A stretch of 64,000 nt of DNA from Anthoceros angustus. Its lineage: Eukaryota; Plantae; Anthocerotophyta. Below the pieces are notes generated by a model. The model worked only from the letters and a program-made list of their open reading frames with translations. It was not told the DNA's origin and did no database searches. Location of the stretch: the NCBI GenBank assembly GCA_010909165.1, contig VJWM01000118.1:372001-436000 (forward strand). The letters are read 5' to 3'. The translations under genes were made by a program, and so were the position numbers. Shown here in pieces: positions 51,886-64,000 of this stretch (position 1 is the stretch's first letter; each line of letters opens with the position of its first letter).

Positions 51886-52267
51886 TGGGGAGCTCCTATA
51901 AGAGGGGAGGAGCTCCCATAATAAAATGTCATGCCTTGCTCTCCGACCAGGTGTGCTTGTCTTGCTACACAAGCATGCCGACCGTGTGAGGGTGCATGGT
52001 GTCCGTAGGGTCTTGAGGTGCGGTGACTGTGGTGAGGGCGGGCCCAAACCTTTCTTTCGGAGGTAGCACCGGGTAGCGCTCGAGCGTGAGGGAGCGCATT
52101 GTGGTTGCGTGAACGGTGGCTGCATCGGTAAAGGAAGACCCCTAGCAAAATCCAAAGACGCGGACGCCACTTGCAGCCAAATGTCCGCCTAGGTCCGTGA
52201 GGGCAATGCCCTATGATCTCGAGGCGCTGCCGGGAGGCTGTGAGGGCGCCTGTAATGAGAGTTAGCT

Positions 52268-52492
52268 AGGAAGAGTGGAAGAGGTAGATTAGAGAAGAGA
52301 GGAGAAGAGAGGAGAAAAGAGAGAAAAGAGAAAAGAAAAGAGAGAGCGAGAGAGTGAGAGCGAGAGAGGACGAGAGAGGAGCTAGAGAGGATAGGGAGCA
52401 AGAGAGGAGAAGGAAGGAGCAAGAGAGAAAAGAGAAAAGACAAAAAGAGAAGAGAGGAGGAAGAAACCTAGAAAAGAGAGGGAAGGTGAATT
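52268..52492 (+). repeat. GA-rich polypurine tract
   Basis: About 225 bp almost entirely A/G on the + strand. Confidence 0.9.
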
Positions 52493-52883
52493 TCAAGTGG
52501 ATAAGAGCTTGAGGGGCGGCCCCAAATTTGTCATGAGAAGGGTCTTAGGGAGTGTAGGAACTGCTGGTGGGAGGATTGCCCATCAGACGGTGATTTGGGG
52601 TCCCTCGCTGCATTGGGCGGTGCTCATGACGAGGTCCGCGCCGACGAGTCATCGCGAGGGTAGTGTGACTTACCGAGGGTGGGTCACCGGCGCCGTAGGA
52701 GGGGCGCTAGTCACCGGGCGCCTGACGGAGCCGTGAGAGTCGAGAGGTCCGTGAGGGCGCACCTCCATCCGCAGGGGAAGGGCTCCCCACCCTTCGTGGG
52801 AACGAAACCCTCAACCGACAGTGGGATAAGTGTGGCTGCCATGGCTGAGGGTTCCGGGGTCCCGGAACCTCCCACCACATTTT

Positions 52884-52900
52884 TGGCGCCGCTGCCGGGA
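52884..52900 (+). promoter_or_regulatory. primer-binding site complementary to the tRNA-Asp 3' end
   Basis: TGGCGCCGCTGCCGGG versus the known Athila-type PBS TGGCGCCGTTGCCGGG: one mismatch in 16 nt, 4 nt after the LTR CA. Confidence 0.85.
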
Positions 52901-55900
52901 GTTGTGTGTTTTTCTTTGTTCGAATGGAGAGTGTGAAGATGTACGCCGATGACCGAGGACGTGGTGAACGAAGAGCATCCGGAGGAAGGTCATCTCCATA
53001 TATTTCACCAAGAGAGTTGCGAGCGACACGGAGGAATCAATCATGAAGAAGTCCGAGAGAACGACGCGCCGAGGGAGGAAGAGGATTTTGTGCCTTCACC
53101 GACGCACTTGAAGAAGAAGATTTTGCACTTCATGTTGAAGGTGAAGAGTTGGAAGAACCAAGAAGGGACGAAACAAAGGATCCGTGAAGTACGGAGTGCG
53201 ACATTGAGAGGATGTTACGGAAGTCCTCAAGACAAGAATCGACGCATCCTGTGGAGGCGTACACGCTGCAGGTGTACCAACGGAAGGTCGTGCGCGCCAC
53301 TGCTCACGGGACACCTGTGGTGGTGTCCAGTCACCGGTTGGGAGCATCGCAAGGGGTGCAACACCACCCAGGCCCAACATGAGTGGAGTTGGTGCGGGGA
53401 GGCACCACGGTAGGAGGAGGTGGCTCATTGCGCCACATAGTCGATGCAGATGTGAAGTTTGGAGACAAGAAGAAGGGAGACGATGCGAGGCTTTTATTCG
53501 CACGCTTGAGCATGTCTCTCATGCTAATTTAGAGGATTCAGCGGACCGCTTGCGAATTTTTCCGGTTTGTTAAGAGGACAACAAAGGGTACAAGAGGGAC
53601 GATGGGACCGCACCACCGGCTGATTGGGAAGACTTCAAATCGTAGTTCCTAACAAGGTTTAGAGGGTTGAGTCACGACATCATACATTGGCGAGATTGAG
53701 GACTCTCCGCAGAGAAAGAAGGAAACGATGATTACGTGAGAGGTTCTACGCCTACTTGGATCAAGGCCCAAGGTGTAGACCGCTTGTTCCAGGAGGTCCA
53801 ACCACAGGAGGCTATTCGGATGAGCAGGCGTTAGATTGGTTTGTAAGTGGGTTGCCCACTAAGATGGATGTTTACTGTCGGAGAGGAACGACTACGCTGC
53901 AAGGAGCATTGAAGTTGGCTGAAGATTACGAGGCAGGAGCTTGGTCGTCGAAGGAAGAAGCTGAGGGAGCATGGGAAGCATAAGGGAGGCAGATCCTCCA
54001 GCTCTCCCTCGTCCTCTCATTCTTCGCCTCTTCACCGACACTAACAAGGAAGTGTGCATCGAGTCACCCACGGATGAGGAGTCGACAGAGCCTACGAAAG
54101 GAGAATGAAGAAGGATTTGGAGAAGATCTGGTTAAGACAAGAAGAGGCCGAGCGCCAAGCGAGAAAGACAAGAAGGGTAAAGGAGCGCACCGAATGGAGA
54201 GGAGCAACGCCACGTGTGGTGGAGGTCTAAACAACCAAATTGAGGCTTTGACAAGGAGATTGATCAATTGGAGGTCAAAGCAAGCAACCAGCGCCTAGGA
54301 GATCTCCTTCACCGCGTATGCTAGTGTATTGTTCGATCCGTCACCAATCGTGCCATACGAATCGAGAGTGTGTCAAAGCGCCAAGACATGCAACAACTGT
54401 AGAAGCCTACACACCGTGTGACTACCGTATGTTGATGAAGCTTACCAAGTACAAGCGGTGACGGGAGGACGACCACCGCAGTCAATGAGGCCGACTTACC
54501 AACCGACAGTTCCTTCAGGGATGCGCTATAGTTCACGACCAGTTTCACCAGGACCGTGGAGGCCGGATCCTTCACAACGTCCAATGTCTGTTCCTCAGGG
54601 ATGTTGTTTTAACTGTGGAATGCCAGGTCACTATGCGACAGACTGTCCAGAACCTCGACGGCAGGTAGGCTATGTGCCCTTCTGCCAGGTATGCAAAGAA
54701 TTGGGGCACAAAGTGGGAGATCCAAGGTGCCCAGGAGTGTTACGTACTGTGCCTATACGGCCGTGAGTCGTAATCACCAACCAAAGAACGGAGACAATCC
54801 CCATCAACACGAGACGGCCATCGCGTAGCTAACACGCCTGTTGACGGTGGAGGCGGAAGAAGAAGAAGAACCACAAGAGGCTTTGGTGTCTACTGTGGAT
54901 TGTGGAGGAGGATATGCAGGAGAAGTAAGTGATGGAGAAGATCCCTTGGTGGCTAGGGTCACCACACGATCCGAAAGGCGAGAGAAGGAACGAAGGGTAG
55001 ACCGACGGAAGGAGAAGACAGACAAGAAGAAGAGGAAGGTGCGCGAGGATTCACCTTGGCCACCTGAGACGAGACAAGGGACACCTAATCCGGTGTTGGA
55101 GGAGGATGACTGGACGAAGGAGAGTCCAACAGAGGTTACGAGGCGAGAGGAGACTGAACCACTCGCGGAGGGAGGTGGAGACCCCACGCTTCACCGACAT
55201 CGCAAAGAAGTTGCAGTGATGTTGGAAGATGAATCGAGGAGGTGACTCGGCGAAAGGGTCTCTTTGCTGAATCTGCAGTGAGTGACCCGTGGAAGACAAG
55301 AAGCAGGCGCAAGGAGAGGCGCCGAGTGAGGAACAACCAAGAGAGGGCGTTGTTGCGCCACTCGCTAGTACTGAGACCGCAAGAGGGGTTCTAGCATCAA
55401 AGATTTCTAGCTTTGCGGACGCGCTACTTGATCAGGAGTTTGTAGTGAGCTTGAGACAGCTCTTGGCGGTGAGTCCAAGATCGAGGAAGATCGTGAAGGA
55501 GGCGATACGGGGGATACCAGAGCCACTAGAGGTAAGGAGCATGCAAGTGGAAGTTAACGCGGTGGAACTGGTTGATTGTGGGGCCCTCGAGATTGAGATT
55601 GAGATAGTGTGGTGTTTAGTGCCGATGTCCCTTGGACACGGATCTGGAGTGAATTTGATGACCAAGAGACAAAGACATCGACTTGGGTTTACACCAGCCC
55701 CATTCGTGGTTCTGCTACGAATGGCGGACTGTACTCAAGAGAAAGCCTTTGGGTGTCATGTAACATCCCCACGTGATTGGAGGTATTACACTACTAGGAA
55801 AACGGGTCTTTACCAAAGGGCTATTTTTTAGAGCGAGGAGAGATTTCGCAAGTTTCATTTTACAACGAGTGTTCATGGTTCAAGTATTATTTTCACGATA

Positions 55901-56169
55901 GCCATTCGCTTTACTACAAGAGGTAAGGAGCATGCAAGTGGAAGTTAACGCGTGGAGCTGGTTGATTGTGGAGCCCCAGAGATTGAGATTGAGATAGTGT
56001 GCCGATGTCCCTTTGGACACGGATCCGGAGTGAATTTGATGACCAAGAGACAAAGACATCGACTTGGGTTTAGAATTCACCCCATTCGTGGTTCTGCTAA
56101 TGGCGGACTGCATCAAGAGAAAGCCTTTGGGGGTGCTGCGTAACATCCCCACGGTGATTGGAGGTATTA

Positions 56170-59100
56170 CACTACTAGGAAAACGGGTCTTTTACCAGTG
56201 GCTATTTTTTAGAGCGAGGAGAGATTTCATGCAAGTTTCATTTTACAACGAGTGTTCATGGTTCAAGTATTATTTTCACGATAGCCATTCGCTTTACTAC
56301 GAGGTTCCGTGATTTACTATGGGGGATTTAGCCACGGGTTTTCATATGACGGGCATAACGAAAGCGATTTTACAACGAGGGCTCTTCCGGGTTACAACAC
56401 AAACCGATTTTAGCTAGGACTTTTCAAAATTAGATGTTCACATTATCATCGTAAAACCGCCAAGTGTGGTTTACAACGATTAGGGTTTACAACGGATCAT
56501 AGTCCGTTACAATTTACAAGGGTTTACAACGGACGTTAGGTTTACAATGGGGCGTTTACAACATGCATACAAACCTTACAACAACAAGCTTCATTAAGGA
56601 GGATGAGTTTACAACGAGGGTCAAGGGTATTGGCACGATTTATTGGAATGAGAGATGATGACTTTATTAGGAGACATTACACTCTGGCTCCTCGTTTGCA
56701 TTGGTCATCAAAAACCATTTCTCTAATGCCCATAACCAACAGGGCATTACATGGTTCTTTTAATCCCAACTCTACGGGCTGATGCGGATGCGTGAGGGTC
56801 CCCGTTTGCGACGCGCCGCCTCACCCTCTCCAATTACACGCTCAATTCCATTCTCCTCAATGCCCACAGCCTTCTCCAATTCTGCCACAAGAAGGTGGTA
56901 ACTGTGGAAATCCTCCGGAGTCCATCCACCAGCCTCCCCTTCCGGAACATCTGTCCGCTGGGCAAACCTCTGCACCTCCTTATGCACGCGCTCTAGCTTG
57001 TCAAGGTGCTTATACACCAGCCGCATCAGACGCCACAAGTACTTGTGAGAAAGGAGTCGGGCTCAATTAGGATTGGATTCTTTAGTCCTCAAAATCGGAA
57101 TACCATGTCCGTGTTGAAAGCCATAGCTTGGCCGCTTCCGTTCTTCACAACCTCGGTGGGCTGCTACAAACCAAGTGTTGACAAAGTGTTATCATCAGTC
57201 CAGAGTTGCGAATTGCAGCAGCAAAATCAAAGGCCAAGAAAGCAGCGCGCACAAACTTCAATGGCAAACCAGACAATAGCTTTGATCGCAAACCGCCTGA
57301 GGAATCGGTCAGCAAGGCAAATCAGAAACCATTGGAGTGCCTTGGAGGCTGTGCCTCCTTATATTGCCAACTGGGACAAATGGATGGCTGCCACGTGTGG
57401 GCGCATATCGAGTTCAAATTCCGCATCTTTGAAGTGCCGGAAGTCATGTTCAAAATGACAAGTCCCAAAACTCGACATCAACTCAAGTGGTCAATCGGAA
57501 TCCTTGACGAAATCTCTGACAAAATGACAATGTGTCCTTGATGAAATCTCTGACCGAATGAAATCTGGGTTTTCAAAAGTGTCCTTGGGTTTCGTAATCC
57601 GGGTTTACAAAGTGTATTTTTCAAACCCGTTAATCATAAACCGGGTTTGAAACCCAAGGACACTTTCATTCAAAGTAATATGTCCTTGGGTTTTGGGGCC
57701 GGGGTCTCAGGAAACCCTGGTTTACCATATCAGGGTTTACCGAAACCCAGGGAAGTAATTGGCTATAAATGGTTGGAAATGCAGGCGGTAATTACGTCTA
57801 CCCAGTAGTGTTCACATTACAAGAGCACCATGCAAGCGATTTGGACTTGAATACTAGCGGCAAAGTTGCGCTGCATAGAACCTACCGTGTTCAAAAAACA
57901 ATGAGTGTCATGAAACCTCGTCTCCAGCAGTTGAGTAAGCCAGTTTACGGGTGTTGCTGCAAACGACACATCGCCAGCCGTGGTTCATGCATGAGCTTGT
58001 CAAGGTGAGGGGTAGGGGTTGTTTTTACTGTGTGTTCTTTGGAGCGTTGTTCTGTTCATGCCTTCTGATTCAGAGCTCCTGTTCTTCACAACCAACAATG
58101 GGTTGCAGATGCCATTAGCCGTGAAGATTGCTTGTCGTGCGAGAAGGACCCAGACACGGCCGCAACGGCTGCCTTTTGCCGGGATGCATGCCGAGGCTAC
58201 GGCGAGGATGGTGCATTGGACCCAACGCTGGTTGTAAAGAACAGGAACTTGGCTACGGCTGCAGCGATTTTAGGGCCGGCCCCCGAACACCTGAAAGGCA
58301 AGTGGACGACGGTGAAGAAATCTAGGACGCAAGCACACGGTGAGGCAGCAGACCCAGAGCCGTGCAGTCTTCAACATACTCGGCATGGGAAGGATGGACG
58401 GGGTCGGGCAAAGCGCGGTGGCCGGGCAAGGTGCAACAAAAGGACGGTCAACAATACGGAGCTTGGAGACTGTGGCATGGATGGGCTTGGGAGGGCAGCT
58501 CGAGGTGGGACAGGACGGTCCAAGCGCATCAAGGGTGAGCCTGGCATGGTGTCTGCAGCACCACAAACCCACGCTGCAAAAATCAGAGCAGAGGCAGGAG
58601 AGGGTTTTGACTGGCCGCAGTGAGCAAACACAGATCCAAAGATGATGACGACGATGGCTTTGGGGCGTCGATGCGTGGGCATTAGAAGACGTCCATTCGA
58701 TTGATAACATGGACCATCCCTTTGGGATGTCAAAGATAAGGCACACATGCCGGATGGGTCTATGCCATGCGAGGGGCTGGAATCTCAAAGGCGATTGCGA
58801 TGAACACATTGCAAGTCCGAGTTTTGCAGGCCTACAGATCAAAAAGCACACTCAGCCACAGAAGGGAACAAGGAGGCAGGTTGGGAAGAGGTCGCTGAAG
58901 ACACGAGATCCGCCGTCCAGTTTTGCGATGATCAGTTGGAGGTTCAAATGTGTCCGCATGCTAGCAAGGGCGGGACATGCACTCCCTCAGCAAAAGCACT
59001 AGCTGAGGGAAGTCTCAGAGTGATAATTCGGAGGGAAATGCTTGTGCTCCCCCTAAACCAGAAGGTGAGATTGCTAACGGGACAGGTACCGTGCTAGGGT

Positions 59101-60951
59101 CAGACGTTGTGGTCCCGAGCACTCCAAGGATCCCGTTCATCCCACACTGTGTGCGAGAGGATGAGGATGCACCGGTACAAGAGGGCAAGAGCATGTCCCC
59201 TGAATTTGGGCATCTCCCCGTTGATGCCCATGTTGGGGTTGGTATTGAAATTCCAGCAGCGTGTTTTGATGATGAGGTGAAGGGCAACAAGCGGAGCGGT
59301 AGAAAACGAAGAGGATTTGGGACTTACGATGAGGTTCTCCTTTCTCATTTGCATGAATCGTAGCGTGGAGTTTCTTATTTTTCCGGAGTAGTCTTGTGGC
59401 AATTCGAGGTCTAAGCTACAACAGTTGTAGCTCGGACACATAAATCAAGCCTTGGTAATGTGTCCGTATTTCAGCCCGAAAGTCCTTAGGTTTAGATGTC
59501 CAGCCTTATTTTTCGTGGATTGCCCTATTCATATCCATCGATCATGCTTTTTCGGCTATGGGCTATATTCTCCGAGACTCGCCATCTTGGTTTCCAATGA
59601 AGGATCGGGTGCACTTCGCCATTCGTCATTTGCAACCTTTGTTGGCGATTTGGGAACATTCGATGTTGATGTCCTTCTTGTGGAAAGCACAATTAGGCAG
59701 ACCATATCTGGTCCATGGACGTTTCACTGTGTTGTGGCTCAGATAGCGGCTCGGGCTTGAGGCATTGGAAGAACAACTTGAGGAAGGAGGCTAGGCATTT
59801 CTTGAAGGGCAAGAAAGCTTGCGACAAGTACGTGCCTAAGAGCCTTAAACGAGAGTATTGGGATGTTCTATTGAAACAAGAGAAGGACAAGCTAGACGGT
59901 GTCATTGCTCCTAATGTGAGCTCGCGCCTTACTGAGGAAAAATGTGACGATAAGCCATATTCATGCTTTGGGTTTGGAGGCAAAAGCGGTTCATGGACAG
60001 TTCAAAGCCAGTTTGATAGACAGCCACCTTTGAAGAGATTAAGTATGTGGGATCCGGGCATGGGCGGTGACAAAGCTTAGAGCTTATTGGAAGGAAAGTG
60101 AAACCGCAGCTCCATCTTTGGGTCCTCAAAAGACTGTGACGGAAGTCGGATACAATGTCTGGAACCTCCGCATGAGGCGATCGCGTGGGGAATGTGATGA
60201 AAAGGTGATGGAAGCAATCTTGCATAAGAAGGTCCGTGATGAAGGGTTCATGGTGGAGCACCTTCTTCCCGAACCGTTGCAAGGAAGGCTAAGGAAGCAA
60301 CTTCTTAGCTCAGTTATTCGACTCCTACATCCAACAAACATTTTGTAGCCGAATGCACAGCAATTGTTTAGCCGATATCGTGATGGGATGTCTTCCGCAG
60401 ATGGACTCTCTTGAGCCCTTAGGCTGTGTGGTGGAGGCCAAGGACGTGAATTCGGTGAATTGTAGGATGTAGGCCATGTTGCGAGCTCTGTCTTCTCCCA
60501 AACAATTCGGAAATGGTTTACCTTCTTGCGCTTAGATTTGTATGCGTGATTGTGGTAAGGTCCTAGTGGGGTTGTAGGTGACGTTTTGGGTGCTGTAGGT
60601 GGATGTTTATACAGTAGACCTCCGTAGATTTACATCGAACTGGTTTTAGTTCACACACAACACTTTTACAACGGACACTAATCCTAATCCCATTACTTTA
60701 CAACGAGGTCCATTACAACAGGGTTCGTTGTAAAGGTTAACCACCATACGGACCACCCAGTTAAGTCGTACAACGTATACCAGGACAATACCGTATATAA
60801 TACAAGGTATAGCCTTCGTATAATTAGTATGAATATTTACTACGGATATTACTAAGGTGTGTTTACTACAAGGGTTTTACAACGGACGGCGTAAAGTCGT
60901 AGTAATTGCCGTTGTAATTTCCGTTGTAAAAGACCCGTTTTCCTAGTAGTG
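56170..60951. mobile_element. CACTA (En/Spm) DNA transposon, 4782 bp, apparently non-autonomous
   Basis: TIR CACTACTAGGAAAACGGGTCTTTTAC at both ends. 3-bp TSD TTA (56167-56169 and 60952-60954). Many subterminal TTTACAACG motifs. Removing it restores the protease frame VIGGITFNLTYIVMRPVTDLGYKVLLGRPWL. Confidence 0.95.
59715..60348 (+). pseudogene. possible TnpA/Ptta-like fragment inside the CACTA element
   Basis: LRHWKNNLRKEARHF loosely resembles En/Spm TnpA-type proteins; weak, by eye only. Confidence 0.3.
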
Positions 60952-63900
60952 TTACCTTCAATCTGACCTACATTGTGATGAGACCAGTTACGGACTTGGG
61001 GTACAAGGTACTTCTTGGGAGGCCGTGGCTGTATGGGACAGTTTGCATCTTTGATTTTGGGAGGCGTGGAGTTACTTTCAGGTCGAGCAGGACAGGTCCT
61101 GCAAAGACAGCTTTCGTATCGTGGAGCAGATCACCTTACGAAGGGGAGACTGAGTCTCCGACGACAGGATACACTTCAGGGAGCACGGGCGAGAGTTCGT
61201 CCGGGAGTAATTTGGCTTACCAAGGACCAGCCAAAGCAGTCGATATGGTGTATGGGGGACAGGGGATCCCATGTTTTCATACTGACGTACTGGAGGAAGA
61301 AGATTTGCAGGAGGATGAGGAGCACCGAGAGGGTGCCGCCTTTTGGAAGGGTCACGCCTACGATCACGACTTTCAGAGGAAGGATCAGGCACGAGTGTGG
61401 GCAGTAGCCCAGAAGGAGTTTATGTAGACCCTGACGCAGTGGAGGACATGGAGTTGAAGCCGGGCAAAAGTGTGAAAGTTTCCAAGTATCTCAGCCCGAC
61501 GGAGCAAGAGGAGTTGAAGGCCTTACTAAGGAAGTACATAGATGTATTTGCCTTTAAGGTCACTGATATGACTGGGATTCTGCAGCTAGGAATCCATCGC
61601 ATTGACCTCAAGGAGGGAAGCACGCCGATTCGAGTGAAGCAAGACTGCCTCAATCCCAAGTACTCCATGGTTGTGAAGGACCAATTGGACCAAGACTTAG
61701 AGGCGGGGTGATTTATCCGCTCACCAGCGAATGGGTGGCGCCCATCGTGGTGGTTCCCAAGAAGCAACAAGGCAAGGTTCGTGTTTGTCAAGATTTCAGG
61801 AGGCTCAACGAGGTGACGAAGAAGGACCACCATCCACTACCCTTCATGGATAGCGTTTTGGACACGGTGGCGGGTCATGAAATGTACAGCTTCCTAGATG
61901 GCTATTCTGGTTACAATCAAATCACGCTACGCAAGGAGGATCAAGACAAGACCACTTTCACCACGGATTGGGGGACGTTTGCCTACGCCAAGCTTCCATT
62001 CGGACTCTGCAATGCCCCTGCAACTTTCCAACGAGTGGTAAACAGTATCTTTAGAGATTTTCTTCGCAAGTTCATGGAAGTGTTTCTTGACGATTTTTGT
62101 GTCTTTGGGAGGCAACACTCACATTGGGAACATCTGGGCCGGTGTTTTCAACGTTGCCGTGAGACCAACCTAAAACTTCACCCAGGAAGTGTTTTTTCGG
62201 GATGACGGAGGGGATTCTCCTCGCTCATCGAGTTTCAGCACGAGGACTCCAAGTGGACATGGAGAAAGTCAAGGTGATCGCAGAGATGGATGCACCTGAC
62301 AACAGGCGGTCGAGCTTTCATAGGGTTAGTCGGCTATTACAGGAGATTCACAAAGATTTTGCAAGAAGGCAGCCGTCCTAACCCACTCACAAAGAAGGAC
62401 GAGCATTTGAGTGGACGGAAAGAGAAGAAGCGTTTCAACAACTAAAGAGGAGTTTGGTGGAGGCACCCACCTTGAGACCACCAAATTGGGAACAGCCATT
62501 TCACGTGTACGTGGATGTGTCTGCGTATGCGCTTGGGGCTGTTCTGAGCCACAAGGACGAAGAGAAGAGGGATCATCCTATCTTCTACGCAGGCACGTAG
62601 TTGATTGACGCGGAGAGAAACTATTCTACGACTGAGAGGGAGGCGTTGGGAATCATCTACGCATGCAAGAAGTTTAGCCACTACCTCTTGGCCTGCAAGG
62701 TAACCTTCCACGTTGATCATTTTGCGTTGAAGTACCTAGTGAACAAGCCGGATTTGTTGGGACCAATTGCTCGATGGATTTTTTTGCTGCAAGAATTTGA
62801 TTTTGATGTTGAGACGTGAGCGGGTAAGAGACACATCAACGCGGATTTCATCTCGAGGTTGAGAACAATCGGAAAGGTCCGGAGACGGACGATAGGTTTC
62901 TGACGAGGAGTTGGTCGCGATCACAGAGGATGAAGAGGAAGTTACGAACAGCGATAGTGAGCCCGAGAGCAGGGGCGGCAGAGGGTGTACAGTGGTCCAA
63001 CACACCGGATCCTAATCGCCGCGGAGGGAAGTTCGATCGACTTCGTGGACCGACGGAGCAAGAGGAGTTGAAGGCCTTACTAAGGAAGTACATAGATGTA
63101 TTTGCCTTTAAGGTCATCGATATGACTGGGATTCTGAGCTAGGAATCCATCGCATTGACCTCAAGGAGGGAAGCACGCCGAGTGAAGCAAGACTGCCTCA
63201 ATCCCAAGTACTCCATGGTTGTGAAGGACCAATTGGACCAAGATTAGAGGTGGGGTGATTTATCCGGTTCTCACCAGCGAATGGGTGGCGCCCATCGTGG
63301 TGGTTCCCAAGAAGCAACAAGGCAAGGTTCGTGTTTGTCAAGATTTCGTGAGGCTCAACGGTGAAAGAAGGACCACCATCCACTACCCTTCATGGATAGC
63401 GTTTTGGACACGGTGGCGGGTCATGAAATGCAGCTTCCTAGATGGCTATTCGTTACAATCAAATCACGCCACGCAAGGAGGATCAAGACAAGACCACTTT
63501 CACCACGGATTGGGGACGCCACGCCAAGCTTCCATTCGGACTGCAATGCCCCCGCAACTTTCCAACGAGTGGTAAAGATCTTTAGAGATTTTCTTCGCAA
63601 GTTCATGGAAGTGTTTCTTGACGATTTTTGTGTCTTTGGGAGGCAACACTCACATTGGGAACATCTGGGCCGGTGTTTTCAACGTTGCCGTGAGACCAAC
63701 CTAAAACTTCACCCAGGGAAGTGTTTTTTCGGGATGACGGAGGGGATTCTCCTCGCTCATCGAGTTTCAGCACGAGGACTCCAAGTGGACATGGAGAAAG
63801 TCAAGGTGATCGCAGAGATGGATGCACCTCGGACAGTCAGGCAGGTCAGAGCTTTCATAGGGTTAGTCGGCTATTACAGGAGATTCACAAAGATTTTGCA

Positions 63901-64000
63901 AGAAGGCAGCCGTCCTAACTCACTCACAAAGAAGGACGAGCATTTGAGTGGACGGAAAGAGAAGAAGCGTTTCAACAACTAAAGAGGAGTTTGGTGGAGG

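Larger units (their letters stand above)
52529..64000 (+). mobile_element. non-chromovirus-like Ty3/gypsy element primed by tRNA-Asp; interrupted and runs off the window
   Basis: LTR ends CCACA at 52879, PBS TGGCGCCGCTGCCGGGA at 52884-52900. The LTR start is TGTCATG at 52529 or 51927. Gag at ~53400-54770 with CFNCGMPGHYATDC and CQVCKELGHKVGDPRC. Protease region at 55540-56169 and 60955-61060. RT FLDD in 61708-62205, RNase H NYSTTEREAL at ~62610, second RT copy at 63055-64000. Confidence 0.88.

Noticed and set aside
52189-52496. Leu/Ser/Phe-rich membrane-like ORFs
   Set aside because: They are antisense translations of the GA tract.

Overview
Eukaryotic DNA from a non-seed land plant, probably Selaginella-like. 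This is inference from ~100-bp GT-AG introns, telobox motifs, single-domain Gnk2-like genes and a divergent, CCC2-like cotransporter. Three spliced host genes reconstruct cleanly on the + strand: PRMT1 (11265-13351, with an 11-nt microexon), a 15-exon cation-chloride cotransporter (23273-27873) and TMEM70 (29907-30631). An AT-rich island (~14.2-19.6 kb) holds two secreted Gnk2/DUF26-like paralogues, a RING-H2 pseudogene and several minisatellites. An intact intronless 571-aa coiled-coil/RING ORF lies at 31037-32752 (-). Most of the rest is rearranged, frameshifted mobile DNA: Ty3/gypsy fragments (1-8.1 kb), a Copia gag remnant, a Sola-like transposase remnant, small TIR and retroposon insertions, and a tRNA-Asp-primed gypsy (52-64 kb) whose protease is split by a 4.8-kb CACTA element. 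The main finding is a minus-strand Ty3/gypsy element (~33.7-46.5 kb). Its pol region carries a C5-cytosine DNA methyltransferase domain between protease and RT, and a PHD finger after the integrase. All domain calls come from manual translation and motif recognition; no searches were run. TE frameshifts and tandem partial duplications may be partly assembly artefacts.
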